NCBI GenBank assembly: GCA_934096295.1 | Contig: CAKOLL010000004.1 | Span: 48,258 to 112,257, forward strand | Direction of reading: 5' to 3' | DNA: 64,000 nt | Source of the DNA: an uncultured Bacilli bacterium | GTDB lineage: Bacteria > Bacillota_I > Bacilli_A > RF39 > UBA660 | Shown: one piece after another, positions 1-9,883 of the stretch | How positions within the stretch are numbered: position 1 is the first letter of the stretch | Layout of the letters: every line of letters begins with the position of its first letter | Position numbers and translations under genes: made by a program | The notes under the pieces: model-generated | The model's input: only the letters and a program-made list of their open reading frames with translations | Database searches by the model: none | Told to the model about the DNA's origin: nothing

Positions 1-882
1 ATTTTTGTTTGCATCATTTTTATTTTCTTCTGAACTTTTGTTATCATTTGACTTATCACTACTATTATTTTTATTAGAAGGCAAATAGTTTCCCATTACG
101 CTTTTAACATTATTAGATACTGGTGATAAATATGTTGCTATCCCTAAAAAACATAATGAAATACAAACTAATAAGAATGATTTTTGCTTTTCCTTAATGA
201 TAAATATTATTAAACTAGTAAAATAAACTATAACCATTCCTAAAAAACTTACCTTTGTTCCAAGAATAGTCAATGCAGCAAAAATAGGAATTAATAATAA
301 AACTTTATATTTTTGTGTAACATCCAAAAAATAATAAATACAGACAGACAAAATAGTTAAAATAGCGCCGATTTCATTTGCGGCATAAAACCACCCTACG
401 CTTCCCTTAAAATGATATGAATCATAATATGAATCAAATCCCGTATTAGTTACGTATGGGATAATAATTAATGCGGCATAAATAAGGGCATTATAACTTA
501 ATATTTTTTTCACGAGATTAACATCCAATTTAATATCATCTGCTATATTTAAAAAACCTAGAAATACAAAAGGATAGTAAAAATATCTATATCCGTATGT
601 AAATTCTTTTATTAAATTAGGCAAATTCCAAATATCTCTTTTTAGAACTAAATATAAAATTATATACAATATTAAAATACTGGAATAAATAATAGATATT
701 TTTTTATATTTCGATTTACTTAAGAAAAAAATATAAACTACAGCAAAAAGTAAAGTTAGTCCTTTTACAACCATCCCTGGTGTAAGGACTATATCTGTAA
801 ACCTTGTCATTAAAGCAGTTGCTAAATCAATAAATGGTAATAATAAAAAATAGATAAAAATTATTTTTTGTTTACTATTCAT
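1..882 (-). CDS. O-antigen polymerase/ligase-like (Wzy-type) polytopic membrane protein; 3' end runs off the window
   Basis: Absent from the track because it is open at position 1. My translation from ATG at 882 (GGAGG at 891-895) is stop-free for 294 codons: MNSKQKIIFIYFLLLPFIDL...GWFYAANEIGAIL... It has many hydrophobic spans, then an S/N/K-rich tail. It lies in a glycan cluster. Confidence 0.55.
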   Translation of the reverse strand, partial: MNSKQKIIFIYFLLLPFIDLATALMTRFTDIVLTPGMVVKGLTLLFAVVYIFFLSKSKYKKISIIYSSILILYIILYLVLKRDIWNLPNLIKEFTYGYRYFYYPFVFLGFLNIADDIKLDVNLVKKILSYNALIYAALIIIPYVTNTGFDSYYDSYHFKGSVGWFYAANEIGAILTILSVCIYYFLDVTQKYKVLLLIPIFAALTILGTKVSFLGMVIVYFTSLIIFIIKEKQKSFLLVCISLCFLGIATYLSPVSNNVKSVMGNYLPSNKNNSSDKSNDNKSSEENKNDANKN

Positions 883-885
883 AAT

Positions 886-1848
886 TTAACCTCCACTATT
901 TTTTATTTTAAATAGCCCTATTATTATATAATAAAATTTTAAATTAATCAAATTATAAATTAATTTTCTTTTTTTGGGCAATAAATATAAATATTTATTG
1001 TTTTTAAAATTTGAAAAGTTACTGTTAATATATTTTCTAAATTTATTTATAATTGTAATTTTATCTTTGTATTTATTATCGGTATTTAAAACTCTTGTTA
1101 TAGCAAAAATGTACATATGATAAATACATAAAAATTCTATTTTCTCTTTTGTTTCATTATATATACCTTTATTTTTGCAATAACTTATTAAAGAATCAAA
1201 GCTTTCTATTAACTCTAGATTTCTTTCTATATTATTATTGTTCATAGTTGACCCTTCTCTTAAAAGATAATTGTATAACGGTTTGTCAACAATACTTATT
1301 TTATTTGAAGATAAATATACCTTCATTGAAAAATCCAAATCTTCATACCATACTTTACTTCTAAAAGATATTTTATTATCAACAATTATACTTTTTTTAT
1401 AAATTTTATTCCAAACGGCCATTTTTCCTAATAAAAATTCTTTATCTACGGCTTCTTTAGTTAATAATTCGTAGTTTTCTTTTACAATATTATTTCCGCA
1501 GATAACAATATCAGCATTTTCTTCTTTGGCTTTTTTATATAATTCTTCATACATATTTTTTTCAACATAGTCATCACTATCTACATAACCAATATACTCG
1601 CCAGTTGCATGCAAAAGGCCAGTATTTCTTGCTGCACCCTGCCCTCCATTTTCTTGAATTACAGAAACTACTTTTTTAGGATATTTTTTTACGTATTCAT
1701 CAATAATTGTTTGACTATTATCTGGAGAACCATCATTTACCACTATTATTTCAATATCTTTCAATGTTTGATTTACTAACGAGTCTAGACATTTTCTCAA
1801 ATAATTTTCTACATTATAAACTGGTATTATTACACTTACTTTTTTCAT
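886..1848 (-). CDS. family 2 glycosyltransferase
   Basis: N-terminus VSVIIPVYNVENYLRKCLDSLVNQT...VNDGSPD...DSDD is the classic GT2 signature. Confidence 0.85.
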   Translation of the reverse strand: MKKVSVIIPVYNVENYLRKCLDSLVNQTLKDIEIIVVNDGSPDNSQTIIDEYVKKYPKKVVSVIQENGGQGAARNTGLLHATGEYIGYVDSDDYVEKNMYEELYKKAKEENADIVICGNNIVKENYELLTKEAVDKEFLLGKMAVWNKIYKKSIIVDNKISFRSKVWYEDLDFSMKVYLSSNKISIVDKPLYNYLLREGSTMNNNNIERNLELIESFDSLISYCKNKGIYNETKEKIEFLCIYHMYIFAITRVLNTDNKYKDKITIINKFRKYINSNFSNFKNNKYLYLLPKKRKLIYNLINLKFYYIIIGLFKIKNSGG

Positions 1849-1857
1849 ATATTACCT

Positions 1858-3018
1858 CTATTCTTTTGTATCATCATCTATGATTTGATAAAATTTATTA
1901 ATAATTGTTTCCGATGTAAAATCCTTATATCTTTTATATCCTTGCTTGATATAATTATTTCTTAAAGCTTCATTTGTTAATAAGTTTGTCATTTCTTCAG
2001 ACATTTTTTGGTAATCTCCGACAGGACACAATATTCCAAATTCATTATTACGTATTATATCTCTAGGACCGAACGGAGCATCCGTGGCTATAACGGGACA
2101 TCCGTTTCCCATAGCTTCTACAATTACCATTCCTAAGCCTTCTACTTTTGTTGATAAAACGAATAAAGAAGCATTTTTATAGTATTTTACTACATTTGTC
2201 TGAGCCCCAACTAATACTACATTATCTTTTAGATTCAGTCTATCAATTTCATTCTCTATTAACTTTCTATCTGGCCCGTCTCCAACAATTAAAAGTTTAT
2301 ATTCAGAAATTATTTTTTTATCCAAATTATTATAAGCATTAATTAAAGTTATAAAGTCTTTTGGGCTTTCTAATCTAGCAACTGAAAGAATGTATTTTCC
2401 ATAATCCTCTTCTAACTTTGAGTTCATTTTCATTTCTATCGTTGGATTATATAGATTAACTATATTTAAATGTAGATATGGTTTAGTATAAAAGATATCT
2501 GATTGATCTAGATTATTAATCGATACTAATGTATCAAATTTTTTATACATTTTTTCGAAAGCTGGAGACATCATTAAGTATTGATAAATCATTCCATGAG
2601 CCCATACTATTTTCTTTGTAGCTTTAATAAATTTTAGAACTACATAACAATCATTAACATGTCCAGAAAATGCTATTGCAACATCATATTTTTTTTCTCG
2701 TAACCCTTTTGTTTTAAAATAATCAATAGGTTCTATAAACAATGTTTTTAAAATATATGACCCATAATAAAGAATTGCTCCGGCATCTCTTCTAATCATT
2801 GTTGAGGCTCTTGATAAAGGATTATGATTTCTAGGGATATTTATTTTTATTATACGACATTCTTTAGGAATTTGTTTTATCATATCTTCTGTATTAGATA
2901 GTATTATAACATCAATGTTATATTTATTTTTATCTATCGCTTTTAAATAATTAATTGCTACTCTTTCAATTCCTCCGTACAGAAATTGATCCAAAACAAA
3001 ACAAATATTTTTTTTCAT
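1858..3018 (-). CDS. GT-B fold (family 4/1) glycosyltransferase
   Basis: C-terminal EGLGMVIVEAMGNGCPVIATD motif. I prefer the ATG at 3018 (MKKNICFV), preceded by AAAGAGGTG, over the track start at 3042, which would overlap the upstream gene. Confidence 0.85.
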   Translation of the reverse strand: MKKNICFVLDQFLYGGIERVAINYLKAIDKNKYNIDVIILSNTEDMIKQIPKECRIIKINIPRNHNPLSRASTMIRRDAGAILYYGSYILKTLFIEPIDYFKTKGLREKKYDVAIAFSGHVNDCYVVLKFIKATKKIVWAHGMIYQYLMMSPAFEKMYKKFDTLVSINNLDQSDIFYTKPYLHLNIVNLYNPTIEMKMNSKLEEDYGKYILSVARLESPKDFITLINAYNNLDKKIISEYKLLIVGDGPDRKLIENEIDRLNLKDNVVLVGAQTNVVKYYKNASLFVLSTKVEGLGMVIVEAMGNGCPVIATDAPFGPRDIIRNNEFGILCPVGDYQKMSEEMTNLLTNEALRNNYIKQGYKRYKDFTSETIINKFYQIIDDDTKE

Positions 3019-3031
3019 TTGTAACACCTCT

Positions 3032-4093
3032 TTAATCATCAAATTCTATACTATTTTCCACTTTATTCTCAAGTTTATATGGGAAATCGTATAAATAATT
3101 TTTCAATTCTTTGGTTATTATTTTAATTTCTTCCTTATATTTTTCGTCTCCGTTAAATACTTGAGTATTATTAATAGATAATTCAGGAATAAATCTAGTC
3201 TTTCGATTTATATGTTCTTTTTGTGTAAACCCAACAAATTTTTCTATTTTTTCTACGGTTTCATCGTATTTATATATTAAATCTTCAAAATGTAATTTGT
3301 AAACTTTTTTTGAATTGGAAGGATGTTCACTTTCTCTTAAACTTTTATAGAATTTGCAAAATTCTTTGACATCCTTTGGAAAAGGCACACCAATATTTTT
3401 TGAATCCCATATATATTTATTTAAAACGAAAACATCTCTTGGATCTCTGTCTACTCTAATAACTTTTAACTCATCTCCAAAATAATTGTCTACTCTAAAC
3501 AAATTGAATGGCAAGAGTAATTGGTCTAAAATCACATTATCTTTGCCTCGACATGCATCGTTTAATACTTTACCAATATATTTTTTAGAACAACTATAAA
3601 ATTCTTCAGACTTAATATAAGATAATTTCATCCCATCACTGTATCTAAGGATTTTTTTGTTAAATATTTTATTTCTAAAAATCATTTTAAAAGGTTTTCT
3701 TAAAGTTAATTTTAAAATCATTTTTGCATCTGGTTCTTCGTGGGTATACCAATAGCCCGGAAACTTAAACTCTGTTATTTCATTAATAAAATCATTTGTG
3801 TAATCAATAAACTTTGGTCCAATTATTTTCTTATAATTACCAACCCACCAAAATTTTTTATCGTACAATTTCTTCATTTGATTTTCAAAAGCTCGAATTG
3901 CATAATCACTTTTTATAGCATTATTTCCAATTAATAATTGATCTTCTAAATCAAACAATCCGTTTGGACAATGTAAAAAAACATATTCATAACTTTTAAA
4001 GTCATTTGAAACATCTTTATATTCTGATAATAAATCAGTAACAGCAGATGAACCTGATCCCATATAACCCGTAGGCACTATCAACTTTTTCAC
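3032..4093 (-). CDS. hypothetical protein, possibly sulfotransferase-fold
   Basis: It has an N-terminal Gly/Ser loop (TGYMGSGSSAVTDLL) and a later RVDRDPRDVFV segment. These resemble the 5'-PSB and 3'-PB motifs of PAPS-dependent sulfotransferases. The assignment is weak. Confidence 0.35.
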   Translation of the reverse strand: MKKLIVPTGYMGSGSSAVTDLLSEYKDVSNDFKSYEYVFLHCPNGLFDLEDQLLIGNNAIKSDYAIRAFENQMKKLYDKKFWWVGNYKKIIGPKFIDYTNDFINEITEFKFPGYWYTHEEPDAKMILKLTLRKPFKMIFRNKIFNKKILRYSDGMKLSYIKSEEFYSCSKKYIGKVLNDACRGKDNVILDQLLLPFNLFRVDNYFGDELKVIRVDRDPRDVFVLNKYIWDSKNIGVPFPKDVKEFCKFYKSLRESEHPSNSKKVYKLHFEDLIYKYDETVEKIEKFVGFTQKEHINRKTRFIPELSINNTQVFNGDEKYKEEIKIITKELKNYLYDFPYKLENKVENSIEFDD

Positions 4094-4095
4094 TT

Positions 4096-5565
4096 TTATC
4101 TTTTCCTCAACTTTCTTAATATCAAATTTACATTTTCGTCTTTTACTATTAATAATCCAATTCCATAAAAACCTATACAGAGAATCATTATTAATAAAAT
4201 GTTAATATAAAAATTTAAATTAAAACATCTTATTAGCAATGATATTGGTATAAACATTAATGATAATCCCATATATAAAATATTTTGTTTAGTAAATAAT
4301 TTATAATTTATTTTCATTTTATATTTAACATGAACATACAATAATACACCTAGTATTAATTGAACTATTCCAGTCGTTATCATACATGTTAATGGAGTTA
4401 ATATTTTTGCAAACCCCATCACTAAATTAAATATTAAATTAATTATTCCCGCAATTAAAGTATATTTAACAATCTTTTTCTCTTGATTGTTTGGATACAT
4501 TACCAAATTTATTAATGTTGAATCTATGCTAATTATAATCCTTATAATAGCTGCAACCATTAAAACAGGAACTATTGCCATATATTTATCTCCAGCATAA
4601 AGATAAACTATCTCTTTGGCTAGAACAAATACACCTAAACACATTGGAATAATAATAAATAATAAAGATGACACCGCTTTATTCAATGTATTTTCATAGC
4701 TTTCTTTTCCTTCGTTATCAATTAAATATGATAGTCTAGGAATAGACACAAATATTATAGAATATGGTACTGCAACTAAAGTAGATACAATGTAATATGG
4801 AATATAATACATTGTTACTGATACACCATCTATAAATTTTCCTAATAAAACCATATCTAATTGGCTATATAATAAATCTATATTTGTGATAATTACTATT
4901 AGAAATAAAGGTTTTAAATATTTTTTTAACTCTAATGTTTTAAAATCAAATTTTATCCTTTTACTTGCATAAATGAAACTTACTATATTATTAGCAAAAA
5001 CTGTTAGACAAATTATTATTGAATATATTATTATATCTGTTGGTTTCTTTACAAATATAAATAATGATGCCATATAAAATATTTTAATTATTAAGGTTTT
5101 TAATGTTATAAACTTATAATTTTCTAGAGCTTCATTAACAAATTCTATATAAAATATATTGGCAATAATTTGAATAAGCATTAATAAATATAAAGTTCTT
5201 GTAATATCTTTAGCAATTACAAACGAATAACCAATGTATATGCCTCCAACAATAAAATTACTTATCAATGATATCACAAATAAATTTGTCAATAATTTAG
5301 AAACTTTTTTCTTATCATTTCTAATTTTACTAATTTCCTTTATTCCATATGTATAGACTCCGAAAGATGCAAATGTTAAAAATAATTGAAAATCAGCATA
5401 AACTTTATTATAAGCACCATATAGATTTACATCAAGAAGTTTAACTATGTAGGGACCTACTAAAAGAGGGATTAAAATATTTACAAAGCTCAAAATTGAT
5501 TTATATATAGTATTTTTAAACAATGATTTTTTATTTTCCAAAATATTCCTCCTAGCCATGTACAT
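4096..5565 (-). CDS. Wzx-type polysaccharide flippase (MOP superfamily)
   Basis: 489 aa, about 12-14 hydrophobic spans, in a glycan cluster. A TTG at 5541 preceded by AGGAGG is an alternative start. Confidence 0.8.
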   Translation of the reverse strand: MYMARRNILENKKSLFKNTIYKSILSFVNILIPLLVGPYIVKLLDVNLYGAYNKVYADFQLFLTFASFGVYTYGIKEISKIRNDKKKVSKLLTNLFVISLISNFIVGGIYIGYSFVIAKDITRTLYLLMLIQIIANIFYIEFVNEALENYKFITLKTLIIKIFYMASLFIFVKKPTDIIIYSIIICLTVFANNIVSFIYASKRIKFDFKTLELKKYLKPLFLIVIITNIDLLYSQLDMVLLGKFIDGVSVTMYYIPYYIVSTLVAVPYSIIFVSIPRLSYLIDNEGKESYENTLNKAVSSLLFIIIPMCLGVFVLAKEIVYLYAGDKYMAIVPVLMVAAIIRIIISIDSTLINLVMYPNNQEKKIVKYTLIAGIINLIFNLVMGFAKILTPLTCMITTGIVQLILGVLLYVHVKYKMKINYKLFTKQNILYMGLSLMFIPISLLIRCFNLNFYINILLIMILCIGFYGIGLLIVKDENVNLILRKLRKR

Positions 5566-5621
5566 TTAGTTTACCACATTTGACAATAATAATAAAGATT
5601 TTTCATATTTTTCTGTTCTTA

Positions 5622-5650
5622 TTGACTAATAATTTTAAAAGTGATATTAT
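5622..5650 (+). promoter_or_regulatory. sigma-A-type promoter for the choline module
   Basis: TTGACT (5622-5627), 17-nt spacer, TATTAT (5645-5650), about 40 nt before the ATG at 5688. Confidence 0.4.
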
Positions 5651-5687
5651 ACTTATAGTGTTCACGAAATAAAAAGAAGGAGAATTT

Positions 5688-7430
5688 ATGAACAATATAC
5701 AAAACGAAATATTAATATTTATTTTTGAAAATGGTTATACAAACCAAAGAGATATAGCTAAAAATTTAAATTTATCTGTAGGATTAGTTAATAAAACCCT
5801 TGGTAAATTAATAAGTAGTAATTATTTGGATGAAGATTATTCTTTAACTAGTAAAGCAATTAATATAATTCAAAAAAATTCACCTAAAAATGCTATAATT
5901 TTGGCTGCTGGTTATGGAATGCGTATGGTTCCAATTAATAATGAAATGCCTAAAGGACTTATAAAAGTTAAAAATGAAACTTTAATAGAAAGAATTATAA
6001 AACAATTGCATGAATCAAATATTAAAAACATTTATATAGTTGTTGGTTTTTTAAAAGAAAAATTTGAATATTTAATAGATAAATATAATGTCAATTTAAT
6101 TGTAAATAATAAATATAGTAGCTTGAATAATCTATATTCTTTATATTTAGCTAAAGATTTTATTGAAAATTCATATATTATACCTAGCGATATATGGTGT
6201 CAGTATAGTCCTTTTAGAAAAAACGAAATAAATTCTTGGTATTTAGTAACTGATAAAAATGATTTAAATAGTAATGTAAAGTTAAATAGAAAAAATGAGT
6301 TATTAATTACAAATAGTTATGGAAATAAGATGATTGGAATATCTTATATTAATAAGGATGATAGTTTACTGTTAAAAAAACAATTATGTTTAATGTATAA
6401 TAATCCTGAGTATTATAATTCTTATTGGGAACAGGCTTTGATAAATGGAAAAAAATTTACTATTTCTGGACGAATATTATATAAAAATGAAATTACAGAA
6501 ATAAATACTTATGAACAATTAATGGATATAGATGAAAATTCTGATTCTTTAAATAATGAAGCAATCAATATTATAAAAAATGTTTTTAAAATTGGTAAAA
6601 ATGAGATTAAAAACATTGAAATTTTAAAAAAAGGTATGACAAATAGATCATTTCTATTTATGGTTAACAATCAAAAATATATTATGAGAATTCCTGGTGA
6701 GGGAACAGACAAATTAATTAAAAGAGATGAAGAAGCGCATGTTTATGACATTATAAATGGAAAAAATATTAGTGATGATGTAATCTATATAAATCCACAG
6801 AATGGGTATAAGATAACAAAATTTTTTGAAAATGCCAGAGTATGTGATGCTTCCAATGTTGATGATTTAAAAGCTGTAATGAAAAAACTAAAGGATTTTC
6901 ATCAAATGAAATTGAAAGTTAGTCATGAGTTTAATATTTATAAAAAAATTGATTTTTATGAATCTTTGTGGATAGAAAAAAATTCTGTGTATGATGACTA
7001 TCAAAATACAAAAAAAAATGTATTAAGTTTACGAGAGTTTATAGAAGAAAATATTGAAGAAAAAATATTAACTCACATCGATGCAATACCAGATAATTTT
7101 CTTTTTACAAATAATGGTATCAGATTAATCGACTGGGAGTATTCTGGTATGCAAGATCCACATGTTGACATTGCTATGTTTATAATTTATTCTTTGTATA
7201 ATAAAGAACAAGCAGATAATTTAATTGATATATATTTTAATCACAAGTGCAAAACCAAAACAAGAGTTAAAATTTATTGCTATATTGCTCTTTGTGGACT
7301 TTTATGGAGTAATTGGTGTGAATATAAAAGAGGTTTAGGAATAGATTTTGGAGAATACGCTTTAGCACAATATAGATACGCAAAAGATTTTTATAATATT
7401 GTAAAACAAGAAATGGAGAAATTGAAATGA
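5688..7430 (+). CDS. tri-domain protein: winged-helix HTH + LicC-like choline-phosphate cytidylyltransferase + LicA-like choline kinase
   Basis: HTH: TNQRDIAKNLNLSVGLVNKTLGKL. Nucleotidyltransferase: ILAAGYGMRMVP...PKGLIKV...VGFLKEKFEYL...YSLYLAKD, close to pneumococcal LicC as I recall it. Kinase: KKGMTNRSFLF...THIDAIPDNFLF...LIDWEYSGMQDPHVDIA. Confidence 0.8.
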   Translation: MNNIQNEILIFIFENGYTNQRDIAKNLNLSVGLVNKTLGKLISSNYLDEDYSLTSKAINIIQKNSPKNAIILAAGYGMRMVPINNEMPKGLIKVKNETLIERIIKQLHESNIKNIYIVVGFLKEKFEYLIDKYNVNLIVNNKYSSLNNLYSLYLAKDFIENSYIIPSDIWCQYSPFRKNEINSWYLVTDKNDLNSNVKLNRKNELLITNSYGNKMIGISYINKDDSLLLKKQLCLMYNNPEYYNSYWEQALINGKKFTISGRILYKNEITEINTYEQLMDIDENSDSLNNEAINIIKNVFKIGKNEIKNIEILKKGMTNRSFLFMVNNQKYIMRIPGEGTDKLIKRDEEAHVYDIINGKNISDDVIYINPQNGYKITKFFENARVCDASNVDDLKAVMKKLKDFHQMKLKVSHEFNIYKKIDFYESLWIEKNSVYDDYQNTKKNVLSLREFIEENIEEKILTHIDAIPDNFLFTNNGIRLIDWEYSGMQDPHVDIAMFIIYSLYNKEQADNLIDIYFNHKCKTKTRVKIYCYIALCGLLWSNWCEYKRGLGIDFGEYALAQYRYAKDFYNIVKQEMEKLK

Positions 7431-8137
7431 ATAAAATAAAAAGAGCTATTATTATGGCAGCTGGCAATGGAAAAAGATTGAGGCCTATTACCTACACTAT
7501 TCCCAAACCATTGATTAATGTAAATGGGAAAAAAATGATTGAGACAATAATTGAAGCTTTACATGCAAACGATATTTACGAAATATATATAGTTGTAGGA
7601 TATTTAAAAGAAAAATTTGATTATTTAAAAAATATTAATGGAATTACATTAATAGAAAATCCATATTTTAATGAGTGCAATAATATCTCTTCTTTATTTG
7701 TTGCTAGAGACTATATTGAAGATGCAATTATTTTAGATGGAGATCAAATAATTTATAATAAAGATATTCTCTTTAAAAATTTTGATAAATCTGGATATAG
7801 TGCTTTTTGGACTGAAAAAGATACTAAAGAATGGTTACTCACTGTTGATGACGATAATATCATAAGTTGCAGTAGAACTGGTGGAAATAAAGGTTGGCAA
7901 TTATGTAGTGTATCCCGTTGGAATAAAACAGATGCTCAAAAATTAAAAAAACATATTGAAATTGAATTTTTAGAGAAAAATAATAAAGATATTTTTTGGG
8001 ATGATGTAGCATTGTTTTGTTATCCAGCAGAATACGATTTAAAAATATATAAAATAAATAAAAAAGATATAATTGAAATTGATAATTTAGATGAATTAAA
8101 AGAAATTGATGACAGTTATAAAGAAATAGAGGTATAA
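7427..8137 (+). CDS. licC: stand-alone LicC-like choline-phosphate cytidylyltransferase
   Basis: IIMAAGNGKRLRPIT..PKPLINV, VGYLKEKFDYLK, EWLL, FWDD and IIEIDNLDELKEID parallel LicC along its whole length. The start overlaps the upstream stop (ATGA). Confidence 0.7.
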   Translation: MNKIKRAIIMAAGNGKRLRPITYTIPKPLINVNGKKMIETIIEALHANDIYEIYIVVGYLKEKFDYLKNINGITLIENPYFNECNNISSLFVARDYIEDAIILDGDQIIYNKDILFKNFDKSGYSAFWTEKDTKEWLLTVDDDNIISCSRTGGNKGWQLCSVSRWNKTDAQKLKKHIEIEFLEKNNKDIFWDDVALFCYPAEYDLKIYKINKKDIIEIDNLDELKEIDDSYKEIEV

Positions 8138-8141
8138 AAAT

Positions 8142-9692
8142 ATGAAAGAAAAAAAAGAATTAAGTAAAAGAATAGATTGGTTTGCTACAATTGTTCCATT
8201 AATTGGAGTACTTTTTCTAGGAATTTTGTTTATGATATTTCCTAATAAATCTTCTGTGGTATTACAAAATATTAGAGATTTCTTAGGAAATGATTTAAGC
8301 TTATATTATGCAATTATAGGTCTAGGAACATTTTTTTGTACAATGTACATAGCGTTTTCCAAATTTGGAAAAATAAAATTAGGTGATACTGATAAACCTC
8401 AGTATTCATCTTATAAATGGGGAGCCATGATTTTTACATCAACTATGGCTGCTGATATACTTTTTTACTCATTGTGTGAATGGGCATTATACGCAAATGA
8501 ATCACAAATAGCAAATATGGGTGGTATTCAAAAATGGGCATCAACTTATCCACTATTCCACTGGGGACCAATTGCATGGGGATTTTATATAGCATTAGCT
8601 GTAGCATTTGGATTTATGTTACATGTAAGAAAAAGAGATAAACAAAAGTTTAGTGAAGCATGTAGACCTATTTTAGGTAATAAAGTGGATGGATTTTGGG
8701 GAAAAGTTATCGACTTAATAGCAATATTTGCTTTAATAGCTGGAACTGCAACAACATTCTCTTTAGCTACCCCATTGTTATCTGCTGCCTTAAGTCACGT
8801 TTTTAATATTCCAAATTCAATAACTCTTACGATTATGATTTTACTATTAATTGCTACAGTTTATACATTAACAGTTTGGTTTGGCATGAAAGGTGTTTCA
8901 AAATTAGCTACTATGTGTACTTATTTATTTTTCGCCCTACTTATTTATTTCTTAGTTGGTGGTGGTGAAATGAGATATATTTTAGAAACAGGTTTTTCTT
9001 CTATTGGAAACATGATTCAAAATTTTATTGGAATTTCTACTTGGTTGGACCCTTTAAGAGAAAATTCTTTTCCACAAAATTGGACTATTTATTATTGGGC
9101 ATACTGGATGGTTTGGTGTGTTGCAACGCCTTTCTTTATAGGTTTAATAAGTAAAGGAAGAACTATAAAAAATACTATTTTAGGTGGATATGCATGGGGA
9201 CTTGCAGGAACTTTCACTTCCTTTATTATCTTAGGAAATTATGGTTTAGCTCAACAATTAAAACATGGAGTTGATATTTCTGGATTTATTGCTAATGGTG
9301 GTGACTACTCAGAAGCAATATTAAAAATATTTGAAACTTTACCACTAAGTGATATAGGTTTAATTCTATTAGCTATAACAATGATTGCTTTTTACGCTAC
9401 TACATTTGATTCTCTAACTATGGTTGTTTCATCTTATTCTTACAAAAAAATTAAAGTTGATGAAGAGCCAGACAAAAAAGTTAGAACTTTCTGGGCTATA
9501 ATTTTTATATTATTGCCAATAGCATTGATATTTGCAAAAAACTCAATGTACAGCTTGCAGTCCGTTTCAATAATTGCTGCATTTCCTATAGGTTTTATTA
9601 TTCTACTTATAATAATTAGTTTTTTCAAAGATGCAAGCAATTATTTAAAAGATCGTGAGAAATTAAATATTTCTAAAACAGAAAAAAATTAG
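8142..9692 (+). CDS. BCCT-family choline/betaine transporter
   Basis: 516 aa polytopic protein with a Trp-rich core (NWTIYYWAYWMVWCVATPFFIGLISKGRT) typical of BCCT carriers. It sits directly after the lic genes. Confidence 0.85.
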   Translation: MKEKKELSKRIDWFATIVPLIGVLFLGILFMIFPNKSSVVLQNIRDFLGNDLSLYYAIIGLGTFFCTMYIAFSKFGKIKLGDTDKPQYSSYKWGAMIFTSTMAADILFYSLCEWALYANESQIANMGGIQKWASTYPLFHWGPIAWGFYIALAVAFGFMLHVRKRDKQKFSEACRPILGNKVDGFWGKVIDLIAIFALIAGTATTFSLATPLLSAALSHVFNIPNSITLTIMILLLIATVYTLTVWFGMKGVSKLATMCTYLFFALLIYFLVGGGEMRYILETGFSSIGNMIQNFIGISTWLDPLRENSFPQNWTIYYWAYWMVWCVATPFFIGLISKGRTIKNTILGGYAWGLAGTFTSFIILGNYGLAQQLKHGVDISGFIANGGDYSEAILKIFETLPLSDIGLILLAITMIAFYATTFDSLTMVVSSYSYKKIKVDEEPDKKVRTFWAIIFILLPIALIFAKNSMYSLQSVSIIAAFPIGFIILLIIISFFKDASNYLKDREKLNISKTEKN

Positions 9693-9716
9693 AAATTTCT
9701 AGACAAAATATATATG

Positions 9717-9752
9717 AACCTCGTCTCTTGAATAAAAGAAACGAGGTTTTTA
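9717..9752 (+). terminator. intrinsic terminator of the choline operon
   Basis: AACCTCGT (9717-9724) pairs with ACGAGGTT (9741-9748) and is followed by a T run. Confidence 0.6.
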
Positions 9753-9883
9753 TAACAACAAAATTCTGAGAAATTATACAAATAATTATATGGGAAAAAT
9801 GTTTACAAAGTTAATAAAAAGGATTATCACCTCATAAACTATAGGTTATAATCCTTTAATTAAAATTATTTATAAAATAAAGT

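Noticed and set aside
2148-2342. Short ORFs on the strand opposite to, or out of frame with, long genes. They are at 2148, 3740, 7267, 9440, 16019, 16237, 17894, 18076, 19099, 19341, 20701, 21237, 24485, 24839, 28258, 32861, 34595, 36997-39708, 44003, 46057, 46627, 49213, 54011, 57026, 57274, 58148, 59449-61319, 62911 and 63208.
   Set aside because: All are shadow ORFs inside well-supported genes. They have low-complexity Leu/Ile/Phe-rich translations, no SD, and no independent support.
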